Assembly: GCA_963666425.2 (NCBI GenBank) | Contig: OY762825.2 | Span: 1,600,001 to 1,664,000 of the forward strand | From: Bacillota bacterium | Lineage (GTDB): Bacteria > Bacillota > JAAYKD01 | Reading direction: 5' to 3' | Length of the DNA: 64,000 bases | Part shown: positions 1 through 11,157 of the stretch, piece after piece | Numbering within the stretch: the stretch's first letter is position 1 | Layout: every line of letters starts with the position of its first letter | The notes under the pieces: model-generated | Seen by the model: only the letters and a program-made list of their open reading frames with translations | What the model was told of the DNA's origin: nothing | Database searches by the model: none | Made by a program: the position numbers and the translations under genes

Positions 1-655
1 CAGGATTGCTGTCGATTTCGACCTTCAGATCGGAAACAACGTCAAAGCTGACAGACTTGTAACTTACGGTACCAACATAGAAATAATAGAGAGCAGCTGC
101 GTTCACAGATACGCTGAGCGTGAAAGCGCCGTTGGTATCGGTGGTGGTGGAAGCCAATACAGTGCCGACAGCATCTCTGAAGGAAACGTTCATGTTCTTG
201 ACAGCTACGCCGCCATTAGTAAGAACGGTGCCGGTAAAGGTGTTGGTTTGGCCAAGAACAGCTTTCGGAGAACTGGTGCTGCCATTGATGGTCAGGATGT
301 GACGAACATTAATGGTAACAGGCAATGTGGTATTACCAGCGGTAACGTTGGTAACGGTCATGGTGTAAACTTCCTGTGCTGCTGTAGAAGCAACGGTCAG
401 GTTGGCGGTATTGACATTCAAAACGTCATCGGCGCCTACTTCAACACCGGTTACAGTGGTGTAGACATCAAGGGCAGCGTTTTTGATAACATAATTCAAA
501 ACATCGTCTTCAGCGGCAAATGTATCAAGATCAAACTCATAGGTAGCGGTTCCAGCAGTGATGTTGAAACTAGCAACCGGAGCAGCCAATACGGTGCCGG
601 TGAACAAGGACATAACCATCGCAATGGTCAATAATACGGATAAAAACTTCTTCAC
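1..655 (-). CDS. Secreted surface/S-layer-like protein, N-terminal part (runs off the window; missing from the ORF track)
   Basis: GTG start at 655 with GGAGG RBS upstream; translates MKKFLSVLLTIAMVMSLFTGTVLAAPVASFNIT..., i.e. a Sec signal peptide followed by Thr/Val/Ala/Asn-rich beta-type sequence; open to position 1. Confidence 0.75.
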   Translation of the reverse strand, partial: MKKFLSVLLTIAMVMSLFTGTVLAAPVASFNITAGTATYEFDLDTFAAEDDVLNYVIKNAALDVYTTVTGVEVGADDVLNVNTANLTVASTAAQEVYTMTVTNVTAGNTTLPVTINVRHILTINGSTSSPKAVLGQTNTFTGTVLTNGGVAVKNMNVSFRDAVGTVLASTTTDTNGAFTLSVSVNAAALYYFYVGTVSYKSVSFDVVSDLKVEIDSNP

Positions 656-827
656 GAGTTTTTTCCTCCTTTAAATTCTTTTGTGTGTTTGATCCTCAAG
701 ATACGAGGATCTTTATCAGAAGAGAAGAAACGTTTCGAACTCGACCTTTGAATACACTTGCTTGGTTTGACCAAAGTTGTTTGTATTCGTTCGTAAATCG
801 TAACCTCCGTATCCGATGTCTAGAATC

Positions 828-856
828 AGTATAACAGTGCTTGTCAAGTTTCGCAA
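828..856 (-). promoter_or_regulatory. SigA promoter of the surface protein gene
   Basis: TTGCGA-N17-TATACT with TG extension on the minus strand. Confidence 0.55.
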
Positions 857-1216
857 GAGTTTACAGGAAGTTGTAACAAAAGCGTAAAGCAAAGAGCCGA
901 AATCGACCGCCAGAAATCTGTTTGTAACATTCTAACGGCTATAGTAATAATTGGGAAGGAGAACCAACGACAGAGCCAGCTGCAAACACTGAGAAACGAT
1001 AAAACCAAGTAGGAGAAGCGATCAATTGATCTAACAGCCAAAGGATCCATACGATTCGCATCGCTGCGGAATGGTCAAGCCCATTCCCTACAGAACGGAT
1101 TCTTTCCGTCCGCATGAATGTAGAGGAATTTTGCAGGACACGACCATGCTCACAGGCTGATCCATGCAGCTTTCCTGCGATATTTATTGTACTTACTGCA
1201 ATTTTCTGGTGTTTAC

Positions 1217-1245
1217 ATGACAATGCCAGGCGGTTGTGGTATACT
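1217..1245 (+). promoter_or_regulatory. SigA promoter of argS
   Basis: ATGACA-N17-TATACT with TG extension. Confidence 0.55.
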
Positions 1246-1355
1246 TAAAGCGTTTTCATTTTGCTGCAGCAATGTCAAACTGCTCAGCGCAGTGAGATCG
1301 ATGACTCTGCCGAACAGAGCTGTCCTAGTAAAAATAACGATACGGAAGTGATACA

Positions 1356-3281
1356 ATGAATCTTACGCTGCTTCGCGAATTCACTGCCACCGCTTTGCAT
1401 AACGGACTCAACACAGAAATGCAGCCGGAAGAAATCGCCTGGGATAGTGCGCCGAATCCCGCTTTCGGCGATCTGTCCACGCCTGTCTGCTTAAAGCTGG
1501 CCAAGACCCTGCATCGCAAACCCCTGGATATCGCCCACGATCTGGCTGCAGCGCTAAAGTCCCTGCTGCCGGCCGAAATCGGAGAGGTTTCCGTTACCCC
1601 ACCCGGTTACCTGAATCTGCGCTATGATTATAGCTATTTGGCACAAAAATTGCTCGATGCTGCAGCCAAGGCAGAGACAGCTGAACCCACCGCACCTTCT
1701 AAGGGTAAAATTGTGATTGAACATACCAATATCAATCCCAATAAAGCGGCTCATATCGGTCATTTGCGCAATTCCTGCCTGGGTGATACCCTGGCACGTC
1801 TCTTACGTGCCGACGGTTACCAGGTCGAGGTGCAGAATTATATTGATGATACCGGTACCGCCGTAGCGGATATCGTTGTCGGCACGGAAGTACTGAATCG
1901 TCAATGGGATGAAGCGAAAGAAAGCTTCGATTATTTTTGCTGGGATCTTTATACCGCCATCAATGAGCTTTATCTGACCCGTCCGGAGTTGAAAGAACGC
2001 CAGCGGGAAATTTTGCATGCCATCGAAACCGGCAATAACGCCATTGCCGCTCAGGCGAAAGAGATCGCCGCCCGCATCGTCAACTGTCATCTGCGGACGA
2101 TGGCCCGCTTCGGTATTTTTTACGATCTGCTTACCTGGGAGAGCGATATCCTGCATCTGGGCTTCTGGCAGCATGCTTTTGCTCATCTGCAAGGCAATGG
2201 CGGTTTGGTGCATGAAACAAGCGGTGCCAATGTCGGCTGCTGGGTGGTCAAGTTGGATGACGTCGAAGGTTTCAGCAATATGGAAAACCCCGACAAAGTG
2301 CTGGTCCGTTCCAATGGTACGGCAACTTATGTAGCAAAGGATATCGCCAATCAGATGTGGAAATTCGGCATCTTGGGTTTGGATTTCCTCTATCGGCCGT
2401 ATCTTGTACAGCAAAACGACCAGGAATTGGTCACCAGCGACACTTACCACGGCAACAGCAGCAGTCTTTACGGTCATGCTGACCGTGTAATCAATGTAAT
2501 TGATATCCGGCAGAAATATCTGCAGGATGTCTTACGCATTTCGCTGCACAAATTGGGTTTCGTCAAGGAAGCAGAAAACTCGATTCATTTTGGTTATGAA
2601 GTCGTCGCTTTATCCGCTGCGGCAGCCAAGGAATTGGGCGTCAATGTGGAGGAAGGCGAGGAAAAAGATGTTTACGCTATGGCAGGCCGCAAGGGCATCG
2701 GGGTAAAAGCCGATGATCTGGTTGACCGCGTGATCGCCAAGGCGACGGAAGAAGTGGCCAAGCGCCATCCCGAACAAAGCGAGCAGGAAAATCGCCTGCT
2801 GGGACAGCAGATCGCCGTCGCAGCCATCCGTTATTATATGATCCGTTACAATATGAACTCCATTATTGTCTTCGATTTTGCCGAAGCGCTGAATATGCAG
2901 GGTAATACCGGCCCCTATCTGCAGTATGCGCATGCCAGAGCCAATAATATCCTGGAACGCGCCCACAGCCAGGGAGCGGAACCTTCCTATATAATACCCG
3001 CCGGTTTCACCTTGAGCGAGCCGGAGAAACTGCTGATTAAATGGATGAATGAACTGCCGGACGCCGTCACCAGAGCGGCGGAAGGTCTGGCTCCCTCAGC
3101 GATGACGGAGTATGTTTATCAATTGGCCTCCAGCTTTATGAGTTTCTATGAAACAACTTCGGTAATGAATGCCGAGAGCGCAGAGATTCGTGGCTTCCGC
3201 TTGGGTTTGGTGGATGCCTATCGCCGTATCTTAAAGCAAAGTCTCGCCTTGCTGGGTATTCCGGCGCCGACGCGGATGTAG
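1356..3281 (+). CDS. argS: Arginine--tRNA ligase
   Basis: EHTNINPNKAAHIGHLRN (HIGH motif), GNTGPYLQYAHAR, C-terminal LGIPAPTRM. Confidence 0.97.
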   Translation: MNLTLLREFTATALHNGLNTEMQPEEIAWDSAPNPAFGDLSTPVCLKLAKTLHRKPLDIAHDLAAALKSLLPAEIGEVSVTPPGYLNLRYDYSYLAQKLLDAAAKAETAEPTAPSKGKIVIEHTNINPNKAAHIGHLRNSCLGDTLARLLRADGYQVEVQNYIDDTGTAVADIVVGTEVLNRQWDEAKESFDYFCWDLYTAINELYLTRPELKERQREILHAIETGNNAIAAQAKEIAARIVNCHLRTMARFGIFYDLLTWESDILHLGFWQHAFAHLQGNGGLVHETSGANVGCWVVKLDDVEGFSNMENPDKVLVRSNGTATYVAKDIANQMWKFGILGLDFLYRPYLVQQNDQELVTSDTYHGNSSSLYGHADRVINVIDIRQKYLQDVLRISLHKLGFVKEAENSIHFGYEVVALSAAAAKELGVNVEEGEEKDVYAMAGRKGIGVKADDLVDRVIAKATEEVAKRHPEQSEQENRLLGQQIAVAAIRYYMIRYNMNSIIVFDFAEALNMQGNTGPYLQYAHARANNILERAHSQGAEPSYIIPAGFTLSEPEKLLIKWMNELPDAVTRAAEGLAPSAMTEYVYQLASSFMSFYETTSVMNAESAEIRGFRLGLVDAYRRILKQSLALLGIPAPTRM

Positions 3282-3333
3282 TGTTGTGATCCTACCGGGA
3301 ATAACCGGTAAAAATAGAAAGGGGTTTTTTATC

Positions 3334-4287
3334 ATGTCTCAGAAAAAAATTCTTGTTACTGGTTCTTTGGGTCAAATCGGAACCGAATTAGTTCTGGCGC
3401 TGCGCGGACGTTACGGTACTGACAATGTTGTCTGCAGTGACTTGCACGACAGCGTCACGCCTGCTTTGGCGGACGGACCTTACGAAAAAATCGACGTGCT
3501 CGATACGGCCCGCATGGCGGAAGTCGTAAAAAAATACGGCGTCAACCAAATCGTCCACCTCGCCGCTCTCTTGTCTGCCGTTGCCGAGAAAAAACCGACC
3601 TTAGCGTTCCAGATTAACTTAGGCGGCTTATTCAACGTTCTGGAACTGGCCAAAGAAACCGGCTGCGCCGTGTTCACACCCAGCTCCATTGCTGCTTTTG
3701 GTCCCGGCACCCCACCCGATAAAACCCCGCAGGATACCATTCAACGTCCAACCACCATGTACGGCGTCACCAAGGTTGCCGGTGAATTGCTTTGCGATTA
3801 CTATGCTAAAAAATACGGCGTGGATACCCGCGGCGTGCGGTTCCCCGGCCTGATCTCCTATGCGGCTCTGCCGGGCGGCGGCACAACGGACTATGCTGTG
3901 GATATTTATTACGAAGCGCTGCGCAAACAAGCTTATGTCAGCTATATCGGCGCCGGCACATACATGGATATGATGTATATGCCCGATGCCTTGAACGGCA
4001 TCATGACCCTGATTGAGGCAGATCCTGCGAAATTAACCCATCGTAATGCCTACAACATTACGGCAATGTCTTTCGAACCGGAGCAGATCGCTGCCGAGAT
4101 CCGCAAACATATGCCTGAATTCAAGATGTCTTATGATGTCGATCCCATTCGCCAAGCCATCGCCAATTCCTGGCCAAACAGTATTGACGACAGCGTGGCC
4201 AGAGCGGATTGGGGTTGGGCTCCGAAATATGATTTGGCCAGCATGACCACCGATATGCTGATCCAACTCAAGAAAAAAGGCGTCTAG
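3334..4287 (+). CDS. L-threonine 3-dehydrogenase (SDR/epimerase family)
   Basis: TGSLGQIG, PSSIAAFG, RPTTMYGVTK, PGGGTTDYA; start moved to the ATG after the RBS. Confidence 0.88.
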   Translation: MSQKKILVTGSLGQIGTELVLALRGRYGTDNVVCSDLHDSVTPALADGPYEKIDVLDTARMAEVVKKYGVNQIVHLAALLSAVAEKKPTLAFQINLGGLFNVLELAKETGCAVFTPSSIAAFGPGTPPDKTPQDTIQRPTTMYGVTKVAGELLCDYYAKKYGVDTRGVRFPGLISYAALPGGGTTDYAVDIYYEALRKQAYVSYIGAGTYMDMMYMPDALNGIMTLIEADPAKLTHRNAYNITAMSFEPEQIAAEIRKHMPEFKMSYDVDPIRQAIANSWPNSIDDSVARADWGWAPKYDLASMTTDMLIQLKKKGV

Positions 4288-4322
4288 TCCAGCGAAACAA
4301 AACACTTGCTCTTAAAGACAAG

Positions 4323-4373
4323 ACAGGCTTTGCTAAAACATTGATCCAGATCAATTGTTTTAGCAAAGCCTGT
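4323..4373. terminator. Long inverted repeat/terminator
   Basis: acaggctttgctaaaaca...tgttttagcaaagcctgt. Confidence 0.7.
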
Positions 4374-4425
4374 TATTTTATTCAAAATTTCCTGAAAATA
4401 ATTCACAAATTTTGGTATTTTCCTA

Positions 4426-4454
4426 TTGCGTTCCGCTCTCGAATACTGTATATT
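4426..4454 (+). promoter_or_regulatory. SigA promoter of rpoE
   Basis: TTGCGT-N17-TATATT. Confidence 0.5.
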
Positions 4455-4496
4455 GGTGCAGTTACAAATTCAAAACGAATCTGATTAATTCGAGAG

Positions 4497-4889
4497 GTGT
4501 TAGACATGCCAGATAAAAACCCCAATAAAAACATAAGTGAAACCGATATTGCTTTTCAGCTGCTGCAAAACGGCGTCACAATGACCAGCCGCGAGCTGAT
4601 GGCTCAGGTCATTGCGATCAAAGGCATTTCCACAGCAGATACAGCCCGCGCGATGTCGCGTATTTATACCGCCCTTAATCTGGATTCCCGCTTTTCTTTC
4701 AAAGGAGATGGCCTCTGGGGCTTACGTGATTGGAAGGGTGAAGCGCCCAAAAAACATGATCCGGACCTGCTGCCTTCCGAGAAGCATTATCAGCCCAAAG
4801 CCGAGGATTACATCTGGGATGACGAGGCGGATGACGACGAAGACGAAGAAGAAGAGGAAGGCGAAATCATCGAGCCTCCGGAATTCTAA
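4497..4889 (+). CDS. rpoE: RNA polymerase delta subunit
   Basis: YTALNLDSRF...GLWGLRDW motif, acidic C-terminal tail, located directly upstream of pyrG. Confidence 0.88.
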   Translation: MLDMPDKNPNKNISETDIAFQLLQNGVTMTSRELMAQVIAIKGISTADTARAMSRIYTALNLDSRFSFKGDGLWGLRDWKGEAPKKHDPDLLPSEKHYQPKAEDYIWDDEADDDEDEEEEEGEIIEPPEF

Positions 4890-4920
4890 AATTTCCTGCT
4901 AAAAATTTCTTACAAAACAC

Positions 4921-5010
4921 TTGACAACCGAATGATTTTTGCTATGATACAAAGGGCACTTTAAAAAGGTGCTGAAGAGACTGACCTTCCAAAGGTTAGT
5001 CTCTTTCTGT
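4921..5010 (+). promoter_or_regulatory. pyrG promoter and CTP-sensing attenuator leader
   Basis: TTGACA 4921, TG-n-TATGAT 4943, GGGCAC at the predicted +1 (4954), terminator gagactgacctt/aaggttagtctc followed by a T-rich tract. Confidence 0.7.
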
Positions 5011-5037
5011 TTTGTTCCCTCCGATTGCAATTTTTAG

Positions 5038-6663
<1,626 letters not shown>

Positions 6664-6665
6664 AA

Positions 6666-6710
6666 AAAGCGCCGGAATTGTCTTAAAAAAAGCAGACAGT
6701 TCCGGCGTTT
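6666..6710 (+). terminator. Terminator after pyrG
   Basis: aaagcgccggaattgtct...agacagttccggcgttt. Confidence 0.65.
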
Positions 6711-6745
6711 CACAATGTGACCGCATAAGGCAAAGGTAGGAACGG

Positions 6746-7340
6746 GGTCAGGGGAGTGGGGAACGAGGTCACGCGGAATGGTCAAGACCATTCCCTACCT
6801 TTACACAATGTCCATGACCAATTTGCTATGGCATTTATCAAACGCTAAAACACGTTGGACGGAACGATTAAGCTCATTGGGCAATGGTATCTATCAAACA
6901 CCAAAATACATTGGTAAAACGATGAATCACATTGGGCAGATGTAGGGAACGGTCTTGACCGTTCCGCAGCATCACGCATCAATCCGCTTGATAGGTAAAC
7001 GGATACAAGGTCAGGGAACGAGCTACGGAGAGTGGAGAACGAGATTACGCGGAATGGTCAAGACCATTCCCTACCCTTACACAATGTCCATGACAAATCT
7101 GCAATGGTATTTATCAAACACCAAAATACATTGGACAAGATTACGCGGAATGGTCAAGACCATTCCTACCCTTACACAATGTTCATAACAAATCTGCAAT
7201 GGCATTTATCAAACGCCAAAATACATTGGACGAGGTTACGCGGAATGGTCAAGACCATTCCCTACCTTTACACAATGTCCATAACAAATCTGCAATGGCA
7301 GATATCAAACGCCAAAATACATTGGACGAGGTTACGGGTG
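6746..7340. repeat. GTAG-type REP/REPIN cluster with 95-96 bp tandem units
   Basis: GTAGGGAA(T/C)GGTCTTGACC(A/G)TTCCGC at 6773-6798(-), 6942-6967(+), 7049-7074(-), 7145-7169(-, one base missing) and 7240-7265(-); the linkers after the minus-strand copies are homologous. Confidence 0.85.
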
Positions 7341-7382
7341 CGGAGCCACGCGGAATGAGTTATGCTCACATACCCGTGTATT

Positions 7383-9134
7383 TTACTTTACCAACAAAAC
7401 ATCCACTCGGTAGAGCAAAGACATCAGTTCTGCTCTGGTCAAGGCGCGATCCGGCTGCATGGTGCCGTCTGGATAGCCCTGCAGCAGACCGGCTTTCACA
7501 ACGCGAGCCAGGTCATTGTAAGCCCAATGGCTGCTGGATAGATCAGAGAATCTGGCCAAGACACTGGTGTCGACGTTACCGCTGCCGTCATCCAGGAAAC
7601 AGCGGTCGATGATTGCGGCAAATTGAGCCCGGGTGATGGAGTCATAAGTACCAAAGATGTAGGGTGCCTCGGTGGTCATGCCATACATCATATTATAGTA
7701 GACCAAGGTTTGCACATCGGTATAAGCCCAGTAATTGGTGGGCAGATCAATAAATTCTGTTACTGCCGTCTTATCCACCAGCGTTAAGCCGAGCATGCGT
7801 TTGATCGTGGCGGAAGCTTCCGCTCTCGTTATTTCTGCTTCAGGATAAAAACGGCTGCTCTTGGTCCAGGAAAGCCAACCAAGGTTTGCTCCATAGAGGA
7901 TGTCGTCTTTCGCCCAATAGCCGTTATATAAATCGGTGAAGGTGCGTCCGACGGGAGTCGGCGGCACGATTACCGGGCCTTTGCCGCCCAGAGCAGGCCA
8001 AAATGTCGGGTCTTCCTGACCCACTGCCCAGGCCGCATAACCAGCCAGATGATATTTTTGCATTAGTTTCATTTTGTTGGCATAGGATTCCAAACTCTCA
8101 TGGTAAATTGAATAATAACCGGGATCCAATTTCATACTCCAAACGAGTGAAACTTGTTTGCCAGCCGCTACTTTAAAGGAAGTCACATCACTTTTGGTAA
8201 TCGGATCGATGCGATGGACGACATTGCTGATCCCATCCGCCAAAATCCGCTTGATTTGCAGATGACCTAAGGCAACCCCATCACTGCCGCTTAAGCGCTC
8301 CTGTGTTTCCGTCGGCGCTGTGCCGGCGGTCAGCGGTCCGTCATACCAGATCCTACCGTAGAACGGAATCCCCATCAAGAGTTTGTTTGCCGGCACGCCT
8401 CGCTCCAGCAAGTCTTCGATACAGATCGTCACAGCGTCTTCTCCGGATACCGCAGCCCCCAGAGAATTCGCTTGGCGGCTATAGAGCATTAAGTCGTAGG
8501 ACATCAGCACAATATTGTCACAGATTTTGGCCAGTGCCGCCATATCATAACTGCCATGCCAACCGCCAGCCCAATGATAAGGGTTCGCGACGACGGAAAT
8601 GCTGAGGTGTTTGTTCGGTAATTTCGCACGCAGCAGACGCATAAAATCGGTCTGCAAATCCTTTTCATCCGGACCGACATTTTCAATATCATAATTCATG
8701 CCGTCCAAATTGTATTCCTGGATCGCCGCAGCAATCTCATTGGTCAGCTGTTCGCGATTGGCCAAGGCGATACATCCCAGTTGATAATTAAAACTATTGG
8801 ATAAATAAGGTACCACTTTGATGCCGCGATCGTGAAATTGCTTCACTATATCTTTATCGGCTGCCTCGTAAATTACCAGGTTGCCGTTCCAGTCCAAGCC
8901 AAACCAATCCGGCGAAACGTAGTTTAAAGCGCCATTCGCAGCATCCACTTCTGCTATCGGATCGGTAATATTATAGAGGAATCCCAAACGCACTGTTTCA
9001 TTGGTAAAGCTGATCGTATCGTATGCTTGGACAATCGGGAAAAAATTGACTGTTATAAGAACAACCAGAGTAGACCAGATTAGAGACTGCAGCAAATTTC
9101 TAGAAAATCGAATCAACATATCCCCTTCTTTCAA
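7383..9134 (-). CDS. GH18 glycosyl hydrolase with C-terminal SLH domains
   Basis: N-terminal signal/TM segment, LDGMNYDIE catalytic motif, MGIPFYGR, three SLH repeats (FxD...WA, TRAE/TRAQ); start could be 9119. Confidence 0.88.
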   Translation of the reverse strand: MKEGDMLIRFSRNLLQSLIWSTLVVLITVNFFPIVQAYDTISFTNETVRLGFLYNITDPIAEVDAANGALNYVSPDWFGLDWNGNLVIYEAADKDIVKQFHDRGIKVVPYLSNSFNYQLGCIALANREQLTNEIAAAIQEYNLDGMNYDIENVGPDEKDLQTDFMRLLRAKLPNKHLSISVVANPYHWAGGWHGSYDMAALAKICDNIVLMSYDLMLYSRQANSLGAAVSGEDAVTICIEDLLERGVPANKLLMGIPFYGRIWYDGPLTAGTAPTETQERLSGSDGVALGHLQIKRILADGISNVVHRIDPITKSDVTSFKVAAGKQVSLVWSMKLDPGYYSIYHESLESYANKMKLMQKYHLAGYAAWAVGQEDPTFWPALGGKGPVIVPPTPVGRTFTDLYNGYWAKDDILYGANLGWLSWTKSSRFYPEAEITRAEASATIKRMLGLTLVDKTAVTEFIDLPTNYWAYTDVQTLVYYNMMYGMTTEAPYIFGTYDSITRAQFAAIIDRCFLDDGSGNVDTSVLARFSDLSSSHWAYNDLARVVKAGLLQGYPDGTMQPDRALTRAELMSLLYRVDVLLVK

Positions 9135-9293
9135 AAACTGAGCGGCATAAGCCCTATTGTGACAGAAAAACCAGAAATGTCAAATTACATTATAGATACA
9201 GGGTTACTTCTCTTAGACTCTCTGTTTCGACGAATTGTTCCCGACTAGAAAAGCGGTCACAAATCTGTGACCGCTCTGTTAGATCCTGCGCTA

Positions 9294-10976
9294 TTATCGG
9301 CCGGAAATATAAACGTACTTCAACCCAGGATTGGAAAAACATTGACTGGCATACCCATAAACGTAGTCTTTGAAAAATTGATTGACATGGGAAATCAGCA
9401 GCGGAGAGACAACACATTCCTTTTTCAGCAAAATGGTTTCTGCTTGTTTATATTGCTCCAATCGGGTCTCTTCTTTCATTTCCAGCGCGGCATTGTGCAA
9501 TAATTGATCGAACTCCGCGCTAGACCATCCGGTTTTTATGGCGTTTACCTCGGAAGTAAACAGGCTCAGCACATCGTAAGGATCATTATAAAAGGCGCTC
9601 CAAGCCATCAAGCCAACTTGATAATTGCCTTTTTCAATTTTACTTTGGAAGGTCCCCCATTCGCTGTAACTGATTTTCAGAGAGATTCCCAACGTCTCTT
9701 GGTAAGTCTGCTGCAAATAACTGCCCAGCGCATGATACCAATCAGAGGTTCCTGGTAAGGAGAATGTCACTTTTAAGGCAGCCGGATCCTCAGTCAAACC
9801 CAGTTCCTGCATGCCGATGATCAACAGATCTTCGGCGGTTATTTTATCCTCGGTCAGTTCGTTTTGTATTTTCTGAATCATGTTGCCTGCTGCCTGGCGA
9901 TAATTTGTTGTGCCGACTGAGATACCCGGTACGACCCAGCCGGTGGCGGCTTCACGCAATCCATCGAAACACATTTCATTGAATTCGTCTCGATCGATCG
10001 CCAGCGTAAAGGCTTTACGAATCTTGAGATTGGAAAACACGGGATCTGCCGTATTGAAAAAAGCATAGGTTAAAGCTGCGGCAGGATAGGAATTGCTTTT
10101 GCTGTCTGCCTGGGCCGTGAACCGATCAACTTGCTCGCGCTGATCTACTAAAATTGCATCCAGTTCTCCGTTTGCATAAGCCTGTTCCACTGCACTGACT
10201 TCCGGCAGAATCGCATAATTCACTTTGGTCAGAGACACCTTTGCCGCATCCCAATAATTCTCGTTCTTCACCAGCACCAAAGAACTGCCATGCGTCCAAC
10301 TTTCGATTCGAAAAGGACCATTGCAGAGCGTAAACTGCGCTTCTGTTCCATATTTTTCTGCATATTCCGTGATTTTATCCTGTCGCTGCGGATAATAGAC
10401 GGCCGCATCCAGGATGCTTAAAAAGGAAGGCATCGGCGCGCTCAGGGTAACCACAAGCGTTTTTGCATCGACAGCTTTCACACCAAGTTCACTGGCAGGC
10501 AATTTTCCTTCGCTGATGGCAGTATAGTTCTGAATCGGACTGAGAAAGGTCCGATTGGGTGACGCTGTCGCCGGATCGACGCTTCTTTGCAAAGAATAAA
10601 CATAATCTCCTGCCGTGACAGCAACTCCGTCTTGCCATTTGTTGTCTTTCAGATGGAAGGTCCAGACGCTGCCATCCTGATTCGATTCCAGGGCAGCCGC
10701 ATCGCCCGATGCGATGATGTATTTGCCATTCTGATCTTCCAGCCGCACCAACGCTTCCATGGTATTGCTCAAGATGGTTTCAGCGGCTGGATCGGACCAT
10801 TTACTGATATCCAGCGTCAGTGGATCGCTAGACAGGTAGGTATTGAAATATTGCTCGGCATCCTTCGCAGCCAGAGGATCCTCTTTTACCGCAGCAGCTG
10901 GGAACAGCAGGCTGCTGCAGGCTGTCAGAGCAAGACAAAGCAGCAGGGTCAAAAAGAACGCCAGCTTTTTTTTCAT
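9294..10976 (-). CDS. Oligopeptide ABC transporter substrate-binding lipoprotein (OppA family)
   Basis: Lipobox LTAC, WTFHLKDNKWQDG, NGPF, KNENYWD. Confidence 0.9.
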   Translation of the reverse strand: MKKKLAFFLTLLLCLALTACSSLLFPAAAVKEDPLAAKDAEQYFNTYLSSDPLTLDISKWSDPAAETILSNTMEALVRLEDQNGKYIIASGDAAALESNQDGSVWTFHLKDNKWQDGVAVTAGDYVYSLQRSVDPATASPNRTFLSPIQNYTAISEGKLPASELGVKAVDAKTLVVTLSAPMPSFLSILDAAVYYPQRQDKITEYAEKYGTEAQFTLCNGPFRIESWTHGSSLVLVKNENYWDAAKVSLTKVNYAILPEVSAVEQAYANGELDAILVDQREQVDRFTAQADSKSNSYPAAALTYAFFNTADPVFSNLKIRKAFTLAIDRDEFNEMCFDGLREAATGWVVPGISVGTTNYRQAAGNMIQKIQNELTEDKITAEDLLIIGMQELGLTEDPAALKVTFSLPGTSDWYHALGSYLQQTYQETLGISLKISYSEWGTFQSKIEKGNYQVGLMAWSAFYNDPYDVLSLFTSEVNAIKTGWSSAEFDQLLHNAALEMKEETRLEQYKQAETILLKKECVVSPLLISHVNQFFKDYVYGYASQCFSNPGLKYVYISGR

Positions 10977-11157
10977 CTCAACCGTCCTTTCCTGTCAATC
11001 GCCGTCACAAAAACACTTTAGTCAGAGCAATTCGCCTGCCAGAAAAAGCCAAACCAATTTGCTTTGCTTTCCATTCTATCAAAAGCAAATGAACAATCAA
11101 AGAACAGAGCTGCTTCCTTGCAGAAGCAGCTCCCTACCATGCAACCCTGCATTTTTA

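Noticed and set aside
1246-1355. T-box leader for argS
   Set aside because: The leader is only about 105 nt and lacks the T-box consensus
4386-4400. CodY-like box upstream of rpoE
   Set aside because: Two mismatches in AT-rich DNA; not distinguishable from chance
6773-7340. CRISPR array
   Set aside because: The spacers are near-identical to each other and about 70 nt long, one repeat is inverted, and there are no cas genes; the GTAG-hairpin form fits REP
6955-7612. Short repeat-containing ORFs (77, 108 and 137 aa)
   Set aside because: They are translations of the DNA repeat that switch frame at a 1-bp deletion, with no convincing RBS
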